The notes beneath the pieces were generated by a model that had not been told where the DNA came from, did no database searches, and saw nothing but the letters and a program-made list of their open reading frames with translations. A program made the position numbers and the translations under genes. This document shows positions 19,087 to 26,597 of a DNA stretch of 64,000 nucleotides, piece by piece (the stretch's first letter is position 1; each line of letters opens with the position of its first letter). The DNA lies in the IMG/VR virus record IMGVR_UViG_3300027759_004177, positions 248,001-312,000 of that record, one strand, 5' to 3'.

Positions 19087-20025
19087 TTATTTACGAACTG
19101 GGCTCTTGTCGTTTGTAGGTACGCTACCATCGGTAGTTTGACCTTCGCCTGACTTGGCTGTTTCTTTGGTTTTAAAAGAGTTACCAGCTTTTCCACCTGG
19201 AACATTGATGTTACCAGATTTGATTTCTTGTGGTTTTTCGCTTGATGGAGCACTTGTGCCGTCTGGGTTGCTTTCGCCGCCCTTGGTCTTAACTGCTGTA
19301 CCACCAAAGTCAGCACCAGGACCAGTTACAGACTTGGTGTTAACACTTGTCTTTTTACCAGATCCAGCAACTGCGTCGCCTTCGGCTGCATCGCCAGCAC
19401 CACCGTAGATATCGCCAATGCGGTCTACATACTCACGCATTAGTTCAGAAGTAGATAGTTTACGGGAATTGTCACGTGACTCTTCTGCTTTTTCTTTCTT
19501 ATCTTCTTCTTTGTCATCTTCTTCATCGGACTCTTCGTCAGACTCGTCAGCTTCAAACATTTGTGGCTCTTGTTCAGCACCCATGTCGTCCATTGCTGGC
19601 TCTTCTGCAGGCATTTCTTCTGCTGAATCATCGCCCATGATTTCGTCAAACTTGGCTAATAGCTCGTCCAACTTGGCATCAATGTTCATGATTTTGTCTT
19701 CTTCGGCTTCTTCGTCATGTCCAACTTCAGCTGGCATGTCGCCTGTCATTTCACCATCGTCTTCACCATCTGGGTCAAGACTAAATTCTTCTTCGCCTTC
19801 TTCATCAGCTTCGCCCACTGCTTCTTCGCCAGCTAGTTGATTTGTTAGTTCTTCAACTTGCTCACCAGCAACAGGTCCGCCCATGTTTTCTTCGACTTGC
19901 TCTTCTTCCATAATGGACTCATAGATGTCACGGCTTTTTTCTACTACGATTGTGTGAAATAATTCACGTGCTTTTTGATCTTCATCATTGATGATGTATT
20001 CAATTAATTTTTCAAACTTGTTCAT
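19087..20025 (-). CDS. Highly acidic prohead core/internal protein (gp67/68 position)
   Basis: 312 aa, D/E-rich, several hydrophobic-x-E candidate gp21 cleavage sites; SD AAGGAG; late promoter GTAAATA at 20062-20056. Confidence 0.6.
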   Translation of the reverse strand: MNKFEKLIEYIINDEDQKARELFHTIVVEKSRDIYESIMEEEQVEENMGGPVAGEQVEELTNQLAGEEAVGEADEEGEEEFSLDPDGEDDGEMTGDMPAEVGHDEEAEEDKIMNIDAKLDELLAKFDEIMGDDSAEEMPAEEPAMDDMGAEQEPQMFEADESDEESDEEDDKEEDKKEKAEESRDNSRKLSTSELMREYVDRIGDIYGGAGDAAEGDAVAGSGKKTSVNTKSVTGPGADFGGTAVKTKGGESNPDGTSAPSSEKPQEIKSGNINVPGGKAGNSFKTKETAKSGEGQTTDGSVPTNDKSPVRK

Positions 20026-20120
20026 AAGAACTCCTTATATAAATGGCTTGTATATTATTTACAAATATACGCAGTTTTTGGGGTTAAATGGGTAGTTTTT
20101 GAAGAATATTGACGGAATAA

Positions 20121-20354
20121 TTACATTCCGAGAGGGGCGCCACCAGGTTCTGCAGGAGGTTGGTACTGTTTTGCCACTGCTTCCAGCTTTTTCTCGTGCT
20201 CAAGTTTACGTACATCATGAGCTTGTCTTAGCTGGTTTAGGTGTGATAGAGTCAAGCGAGTTTTACGGCTATCAGACATTTTAAGCGTACTTTGATCCGC
20301 TTTTTCATCGTGGTAGCCGTGCGGTGCTGGATCAAATAGTTCGCTAATAATCAT
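20121..20354 (-). CDS. Small head-module hypothetical protein
   Basis: 77 aa; TTAAATA 5 nt upstream of the ATG; lies between portal and core genes. Confidence 0.6.
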   Translation of the reverse strand: MIISELFDPAPHGYHDEKADQSTLKMSDSRKTRLTLSHLNQLRQAHDVRKLEHEKKLEAVAKQYQPPAEPGGAPLGM

Positions 20355-20377
20355 AATACTATTTAACCTTTTATGTG

Positions 20378-22075
20378 TTAAAGTGCCGGCTGTGCGCCAC
20401 CAGCAGCAGGTTGTCCTATGCCGGGTGCGGCCCCAAGATCAGGTCCACCTGGTGCGGCACCGGGTGCTGTCTCAGGACCCAGTCCTTCTAGGTCGTTTTG
20501 CAAACCGCCCGGACTAATGCCCACGCTACGTAAGCCCGGAGCTTCTGGCTGTGCTAATTCGGCGTCGCCACGTTCTTCTGCCCATGCTGTTTCGTTTTCG
20601 CTGATCTCTTGTTCAGTCATGCCCAAGTAACGCTTCATCAACCAACGCTTGCTGAGATAAGGATACTGTTCCAGCTGTGTAAATGTGCCAATACGTGCAG
20701 CATCAATGTCGGCCTGGCGATATTGAGCAAAGTTTTGCGGTTCATTGAAGCTTAGATCAAAAAGACTTCCATCAATGTTAAAGCCTCTCCAACGCATAAA
20801 CAGCTTGAACTCTGAGTCCAGCTTGTCAGCAATCATGCTTTGTAAACGCTGGCAATATTGATTGAACCGCCATTCCTGGATCAGTGCTGTGCCCACACGT
20901 CCGTCTGTGTAGGCTGCTGTACCGTCTTCGGCTGTGGTGGGCAAATAACTGCTGGGAATACGCAGGCCACGGAACAGCTTGTTGGTAAAGAATCGTAAGT
21001 CTGTGATTTCGCCTAGATTTTGACCGCCCGGTAACACGTCTACACTGGATCCGCGACCGTCTGCTGTGGTTGGGAAGAAGTAGTCTTCGTTAGTCGATAA
21101 TGGATTATATGTGGCATCCATCATGTTGGCGCCACCGCCCGATTGTGTGGGAATACGACGTTGATGAATTTCGTTTTTGATACGTTCCACAAAGGCCATG
21201 GCCATGTGTGTAGGCATGTTGCCCACGTCAATTTTGAAGATTCTGCGTTCCGGAGCACGTTGCACACGATAGATAATGATCGAATCTTCTAGCAGTTCTT
21301 TTTGCTTGAACACTTTGAAAATGTTTTCTAATACGCTATTACCAAATGGCCAATACACATCCAAGCCTTCAGTTAGGCTGATATGTACCACATGTTCAGC
21401 ATTGAGAGCAGCTTCGTTTTGAGCATGACTGAAACGTGAGCCGCCGCCAAATGGACTTTGCGGTTGTGTGTAACCGCCGGATGGACCACCCACTTGCGGA
21501 TGATTCATGTAGGTGTCTGTGGTGGCCACTGCTGTCACAGTCAAGTTTTGAAAGTTGGGGTTTAGGTCTTTGATCAAGTACTGTTCGGGCTTTTTGCCTT
21601 CGCCTTCGTTCACAATGACCTTGGTAACTTTCGACATTTCTGTCCAGTACAGCTTGAAATTTTCTGGATCACGGATAAACACTTGATCGCCGTACTTGAA
21701 TGTGTTGCGAACAATTTTAAAAACACGCTTGTTCAGTTCGTTTAGGCTGACCCACTGTTGCAGTTGCTCTTTGATGATTTTTACTTCGTTGTCTGACGGA
21801 GTTTCTTTGTACTTGATAGTAAATGCTGTGTGGTTTTCTTGATTCTTTTGTGTGCAAAACTCGGCTAGAATGTCTAGTGCGGCATTGACTTCTGAGTCCA
21901 TGTCCATTTGCTCGTACTGATTGTAGCGTTCAACACGATTGGGTTGTCCGGTATAAACTTCTGGTAACTGACTTTGATAGTTGCGGAAACCAGGATCTGG
22001 AGCACGTCCGCCGCCTAACGGGCTTACATTGCTGGGTAAGTTACTAGTCTTAAAATATTTTTTCCAACCGGCCAT
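20378..22075 (-). CDS. gp20: Portal protein (gp20-like)
   Basis: LLEDSIIIYRVQRAPERRIFKIDVGNMP, EDYFFP...GRGS.V..LPGGQNLGEI.DL..F..KL..GL.IP.S. Confidence 0.97.
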   Translation of the reverse strand: MAGWKKYFKTSNLPSNVSPLGGGRAPDPGFRNYQSQLPEVYTGQPNRVERYNQYEQMDMDSEVNAALDILAEFCTQKNQENHTAFTIKYKETPSDNEVKIIKEQLQQWVSLNELNKRVFKIVRNTFKYGDQVFIRDPENFKLYWTEMSKVTKVIVNEGEGKKPEQYLIKDLNPNFQNLTVTAVATTDTYMNHPQVGGPSGGYTQPQSPFGGGSRFSHAQNEAALNAEHVVHISLTEGLDVYWPFGNSVLENIFKVFKQKELLEDSIIIYRVQRAPERRIFKIDVGNMPTHMAMAFVERIKNEIHQRRIPTQSGGGANMMDATYNPLSTNEDYFFPTTADGRGSSVDVLPGGQNLGEITDLRFFTNKLFRGLRIPSSYLPTTAEDGTAAYTDGRVGTALIQEWRFNQYCQRLQSMIADKLDSEFKLFMRWRGFNIDGSLFDLSFNEPQNFAQYRQADIDAARIGTFTQLEQYPYLSKRWLMKRYLGMTEQEISENETAWAEERGDAELAQPEAPGLRSVGISPGGLQNDLEGLGPETAPGAAPGGPDLGAAPGIGQPAAGGAQPAL

Positions 22076-22095
22076 ATATGTTCTCTCGTATGCTA

Positions 22096-22103
22096 TATTT
22101 ATA
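22096..22103 (-). promoter_or_regulatory. Consensus T4 late promoter TATAAATA
   Basis: Exact consensus 20 nt upstream of the portal ATG. Confidence 0.75.
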
Positions 22104-22108
22104 GCTGG

Positions 22109-24511
22109 TTACGCTGTAGCGTTGAAGATTTTTTCCGAAGTGTCTCTGTGGTCTTTCATAACCGAAATCATTTGATCCAATCGTTCAATCATTTCGTCCA
22201 TGCCGGGCAAACGACCGTTTTTGAGTGGTGCAATCACTTCGCCGGCGCCGCCTTCAGCTACTTTTACATTGACTCCGCCTGTGGTAGCTGGTACAACTGC
22301 ACCTTGTGCGGCTGCCACTTCAGCATGTATGTGTGGTCCCCAGACTTTTGCTTTCTCAGGATTGGCCGGTTCTATGCTTTCATCTAATACTTGGCTAAAT
22401 CCGCCCATACTTTTTAATTTGGCCACTACCTCAGGATATTGTTTTAGATCGTGTAGCACCAGATCAAACGCACGACCGGAACCATGAGCAACACTATCGT
22501 CTATTCCTCGATCTTTGAAACCGCTAAAATGTTTGTAATTTCCACCCAGCATAGCATGAACCTGTTGGGCCATTTGCATAATTGTTGCGTTGCCTTGTTG
22601 CTCTTCTCTGTCAAATCCTGATTTAATTTTGAGACCAGTGGCTGTTACTACCGGTTCGCTGCTGCTTTTTCCTTTGTTAAATCTCTCTCTGCGTTGATCA
22701 AATACCGATTTAGCCGGGCTTTGAAACGGTGCTGCTGGTGTACCAGCTGTAGGGCCACTGGGAGGAGGTGTTCCTGGTGTTAAACTTTTGATTGCTGCGT
22801 CTAGATCTAATTTTTTTAATGCTTTTTCTATTGTGTCTACTCCGGCTGCAGTAACTTGAGCAAATCTAGTAAGAGGCGTCAGCAAGTTCTCGCCTAGTGC
22901 AGCTTTTAGTCGATTAGTATCTTCTTCTAGTCCTTGCACAGCCTTGTCCAATGGCAACATATTGTCGGCCATTTTGTCAGCGTTTTTTCTAGCTTTTTCT
23001 GCGGCGCCTTCTTGTCGCTTGAGTTGTTCTATTCTTTCCTGATTTGCAAATGTAGCAATGTCACTGTATTGGCCAGTCAATCTAGCAGCTCGAACAATAG
23101 CTTCAAATATGCCTGGATTGTCTCTTGCATATTTCAATGATTGCTCACTGAGTTTGGCAGTTTCAAGGTTAGATTCCTGGAGAGTTTTACTACTGTCCCC
23201 TATCATGCTTATCTGTTGATTTATTTGTTCCTTTAACCTTGGATTGTTAGCCAACGCCAAATTGAATGCAGTATCAGTAGATGCTCCAGCTGAGTACATT
23301 TCCATGAAGCCTTTTTTGTACACTTCGGGCATAGTAGCCAATTGGTCTCGCAATTTTTTGTAACCCTCGGCGCCACCTTCTCTTTCTGCCTTGGCTAGCA
23401 CGTCCACTTCTAGTGCCTGGGTTTGTGCTTTTTCCATGGCCTTTTTGGCATCTTGACCTGTGATGTCTGAAATTATACGCAGTTCTTTACCATACTGCAT
23501 AGTAATTTCTGCAATCTGACGATCACTCAAGGCTCTGCGATCTCCGGCAGCGTTTTGGCGTGCCATGACCTGTGCGGCCAATTCGGCCTGTTCTTCGGCA
23601 CTATAACCTAGATTACGCAGTTGTATGCCCAGCTGGCTGTTACGCAACTCTCGGCTGATCCCGCCAATTCTACGAGTAGCTTCGCCGAGCCCCAGACCCA
23701 TATTGACAAAATCTTCTCTGGCATTTTTTACCACTGTGGCCAGCTGGGCAATGTCCAGGCCAGCTCTGGCAGCTTCTTGTCGCATTTCGGTCATGCCACC
23801 AGCAAAAATTGCACCTGCACCAGTTATGTCTTTGAACCCGGCTTGCGTTTTCTTGAGTTCGTCACCCAAAAACTCTACACCGTCCTTGATTTTTTCCGCA
23901 CTCTTGCCAACCAGAAATTCGCCCAACTTGCCAAGGCCAGTTATTATCAATCCAATTGCTCGACCCCACGGTCCCATCAGTGCAACAATAAGCCCAGCTG
24001 ATTCAGCTACCCCGCCCAATGCTTTGCTGGCAGCCACACCAGCATCAATTGTTTTTAAACTGGCTTTGGTTGCTGCTTCAACCCCCGACGCACCCGATTG
24101 CAGACTTTTTGCAAAATCTCGTGTGCCTTCGTAGATGGTCTGTGCCAGTGATCCAATTCCCACACCCAAATTAGACAAGCCGGCACTGACGTTTTTTGTT
24201 ATTGCTGTTTTCTTTAAATCTGCCTTGCTTGATTCAAGTTCGTCTACACGTTCAGCGTTACGAGATTTTTTTGCTTCCTTGATGGCACGATTTAACTCGT
24301 CCATCTCTCTGACCACGTTTTGAATAGGTTGCTTGGTGCCATCTAAGAAATCGCCAAATCCTTTGAGTACCGGTTGCTGTCGTTTGAGATTGTCAGTAAA
24401 TGCTTTGATGTGTTTCTGAAAGTCTTCAACGTTTTTTGGATCAAAGGTGGCCTTGTTGCCAGTCAACTGCTCGACTTTTTCTAGAAACTCTTCTGCGGTC
24501 ATGTTAGCCAT
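22109..24511 (-). CDS. Tape-measure/hub-like protein with C-terminal LAS (M15-like) metallopeptidase domain
   Basis: 800 aa, helical A/E/K/Q-rich with hydrophobic GxxG stretch; HGSGRAFD (HxxxxxxD) and HIH zinc motifs; VAEGG.GEVIAPL tail. Confidence 0.65.
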   Translation of the reverse strand: MANMTAEEFLEKVEQLTGNKATFDPKNVEDFQKHIKAFTDNLKRQQPVLKGFGDFLDGTKQPIQNVVREMDELNRAIKEAKKSRNAERVDELESSKADLKKTAITKNVSAGLSNLGVGIGSLAQTIYEGTRDFAKSLQSGASGVEAATKASLKTIDAGVAASKALGGVAESAGLIVALMGPWGRAIGLIITGLGKLGEFLVGKSAEKIKDGVEFLGDELKKTQAGFKDITGAGAIFAGGMTEMRQEAARAGLDIAQLATVVKNAREDFVNMGLGLGEATRRIGGISRELRNSQLGIQLRNLGYSAEEQAELAAQVMARQNAAGDRRALSDRQIAEITMQYGKELRIISDITGQDAKKAMEKAQTQALEVDVLAKAEREGGAEGYKKLRDQLATMPEVYKKGFMEMYSAGASTDTAFNLALANNPRLKEQINQQISMIGDSSKTLQESNLETAKLSEQSLKYARDNPGIFEAIVRAARLTGQYSDIATFANQERIEQLKRQEGAAEKARKNADKMADNMLPLDKAVQGLEEDTNRLKAALGENLLTPLTRFAQVTAAGVDTIEKALKKLDLDAAIKSLTPGTPPPSGPTAGTPAAPFQSPAKSVFDQRRERFNKGKSSSEPVVTATGLKIKSGFDREEQQGNATIMQMAQQVHAMLGGNYKHFSGFKDRGIDDSVAHGSGRAFDLVLHDLKQYPEVVAKLKSMGGFSQVLDESIEPANPEKAKVWGPHIHAEVAAAQGAVVPATTGGVNVKVAEGGAGEVIAPLKNGRLPGMDEMIERLDQMISVMKDHRDTSEKIFNATA

Positions 24512-24541
24512 ATGTGTTTTTGTCCAGGTGGATTTTTAACC

Positions 24542-24573
24542 TATAAATATATAGGTATATCAACTTATTTATT
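24542..24573. promoter_or_regulatory. Face-to-face late promoters
   Basis: TATAAATA on + at 24542-24549; AATAAATA on - at 24573-24566. Confidence 0.65.
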
Positions 24574-24586
24574 GGAAAAATAAACC

Positions 24587-25438
24587 ATGGAAAATGCTAT
24601 TCAAAACCCCCTAGTCAAGTACTTTAGACAGCCGTCAATCTACTTAAAATTGCCATCAAACGGTCAATATTGGAAAGAAGGGGCAGTAAATTTACCAGTA
24701 ACTGGGGAAATTCCTGTGTACCCAATGACTGCCAGGGACGAAGTTACTTTGCGTACTCCTGATGCACTCATGAACGGAGCTGGCGTTGTTGACGTAATAC
24801 ACAGTTGTTGCCCCAATATCACAGATGCTTGGAGTATGCCCAGCGTGGATGTGGATGCTGTGTTGATCGCTATCAGGATTGCCAGTTACGGTGCAGAAAT
24901 GCCAGTTGATACCAGTTGCCCCAATTGCGGTGCAGAAAACACCCACAATGTCGATTTGAGTGTGAGACTATCGGGAATCACTTGTCCAGACTACAACAAA
25001 AAAATCAGTTTACCCGATGAGTTGCATGTAAAATGCACGCCGCAGGCATATTTCAGTGTTAATAGAAAAAATACCATATCGTTTGAAGAACAACGGCTAG
25101 TACAGGCCCTAGAACAAACTGATGAAAACTCAGAACAACGCATGTCACAAATTGCCGACAGCATGACCCGATTGATACAGATCAGCATAGACACAGTAAC
25201 AGACAGCACCGAGTACATTGAAATGCCCGACGGAACCCGTGTTACAGATAAAGAATTTATCAAAGAGTTTTATAGCAATGCTAATGGCAGCGTTGTACGT
25301 AACGTACAAGAACAACTGGCTGAAATCAACAACCAAGGCGCCGTCAAGGATCAATCAGCTGAGTGCAACGAGTGTAAAACTGAATATAAAATTCCTATCA
25401 TGTTTGACTACGCAAATTTTTTCGCAATCGGCTCCTGA
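24587..25438 (+). CDS. Baseplate hub/tail assembly chaperone (T4 gp26-like)
   Basis: YLKLPSNG..., PMTARDE..L, D.DAVLIAIRIASYG, two CxxC pairs (CPNC, CNEC), C-terminal NFF. Confidence 0.7.
   Translation: MENAIQNPLVKYFRQPSIYLKLPSNGQYWKEGAVNLPVTGEIPVYPMTARDEVTLRTPDALMNGAGVVDVIHSCCPNITDAWSMPSVDVDAVLIAIRIASYGAEMPVDTSCPNCGAENTHNVDLSVRLSGITCPDYNKKISLPDELHVKCTPQAYFSVNRKNTISFEEQRLVQALEQTDENSEQRMSQIADSMTRLIQISIDTVTDSTEYIEMPDGTRVTDKEFIKEFYSNANGSVVRNVQEQLAEINNQGAVKDQSAECNECKTEYKIPIMFDYANFFAIGS
25414..25423 (+). promoter_or_regulatory. Putative -1 ribosomal frameshift slippery site (A AAT TTT TTC)
   Basis: Overlapping X XXY YYZ heptamers in frame near the stop; the -1 frame opens after TGA at 25405-25407 and runs to 25653. 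Confidence 0.65.
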
Positions 25439-25653
25439 CATTAGACAATGACGCCGTCGTAAAACTGTTGGAATCTTACGATAAAGAGTCGAGAGCCGTT
25501 AAAAAAGAAGCGTTGCAAATGGCCTGGTACATGCGAGGTGGGTTGACCTATAACGATGCTATGGCACTGAGCTCATCAGAACGAGAGATAATTGGTGAAA
25601 TAATTAAAAAGAACATGGAAACTACAGAGAAATCGGGATTACCATTCTTCTAA
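25417..25653 (+). CDS. gp51-like chaperone extension, probably translated by -1 frameshift from the upstream gene
   Basis: Track ORF 25468-25653 has only a TTG start and no SD; frame is open back to 25408; WYMRGG.TY..AM.LS..ER motif. Confidence 0.6.
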   Translation, partial: FFRNRLLTLDNDAVVKLLESYDKESRAVKKEALQMAWYMRGGLTYNDAMALSSSEREIIGEIIKKNMETTEKSGLPFF

Positions 25654-25661
25654 CTGATTTA

Positions 25662-25712
25662 AGATTAGCTACGCTAATCTATTGATTTCGCTTTGCTCAT
25701 CAATGTTTTTCT
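25662..25712 (+). terminator. Twin hairpins plus T-tract (terminator for + transcript; possibly ssDNA hairpins)
   Basis: AGATTAGC-TAC-GCTAATCT and ATTGAT...ATCAAT followed by GTTTTTCTT. Confidence 0.5.
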
Positions 25713-25719
25713 TCTTTGT

Positions 25720-26123
25720 TGCTTTTCCGTATTATCCAGATTAATTGGTCACAATTCACCGTATGCACGGTGAACATGATTGAGCATTATCCGAGTAGCA
25801 CAGTCATTTATTATAAAGAGATTGTATTTACATACGCAGAGGCGGTTGACCGGTACCCCTTACTCTAGCTTCACATATCAACGGAACCCTAGTGACCCGA
25901 TAATAAATCCAAGTCCTATAAGCTGGGGTTGTATCTTTTTCACATAGCCCCGACCATTTTTTGCCTTAAGTTAGCATTTGCCTTGCACACCCGAGCAACA
26001 TCTAGACTGGGTATCTCACCAGTCCGCAACGGGAGTCGAGCTGCCTCGACCAAACAGAGTGCGAATTCCATAATAAGAGTATAACTTTGTGTTTATTGCA
26101 GAATGACTTTGAGTCGAGTGTGC
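25720..26123 (-). ncRNA. Candidate large structured ncRNA downstream of the GIY-YIG gene
   Basis: ORF-free 470-nt gap with many stems; most wobble pairs and a GUAA tetraloop favour the minus strand; two candidate pseudoknots. Confidence 0.6.
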
Positions 26124-26551
26124 TAAATCTTGTTGATAATGTGTGAGCCATGTACACGGACTTGTATGTGTCCGTTATAATAATCGTTACTTTCTAAAAC
26201 TCTGCGAGCAAATTGTTCTCTTGCTTCTATATAGCTGCATTCAGATTTACTTTTGCAGTAGTATAGTATTTCTCTACTGAAATTGTCAACACCCAATGCA
26301 ATCACATCTTTTGTTAATTCTGGACTGGAACCATAGTATGTTTGCCAGTCTGAATCAATTTTACCACGAATCTTCTTGCGTTTCTTCTTACCATTTTTTA
26401 GTTTGACCATTCGGTAAGTGGTCTTGCTAAATTTTGCAAGTTTTTTGCCAATATACTTTCGGCCGGTTAGGTTATTTGTTATCAAATAAACAAAACCAAC
26501 ACAATCTTCGGGTAGCGTTTCTACTTGAGTATTTTCGTGAATCCATGACAT
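26123..26551 (-). CDS. Short stand-alone GIY-YIG (Seg-like) endonuclease
   Basis: GFVYLITNNLTGRKYIGKK, W..YYGSS, F.REIL, E.REQF, YYN; K/R-rich insert KLKNGKKKRKKIRGK. Confidence 0.88.
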   Translation of the reverse strand: MSWIHENTQVETLPEDCVGFVYLITNNLTGRKYIGKKLAKFSKTTYRMVKLKNGKKKRKKIRGKIDSDWQTYYGSSPELTKDVIALGVDNFSREILYYCKSKSECSYIEAREQFARRVLESNDYYNGHIQVRVHGSHIINKI

Positions 26552-26597
26552 GCATAGTAGTTATGATCTTTGCCCTGCAATATATACTAATCTTGAA

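Noticed and set aside
25654-26122. Group I/II intron, tmRNA, RNase P or tRNA identity for the structured gap
   Set aside because: No interrupted host gene and no recognisable P7, domain V, tRNA-like or RNase P core sequences by eye; needs cmscan to exclude formally
26123-26551. GIY-YIG gene as an ordinary mobile homing endonuclease
   Set aside because: Only the catalytic domain is present, with no NUMOD/HTH tail and no intron context; not excluded but not supported
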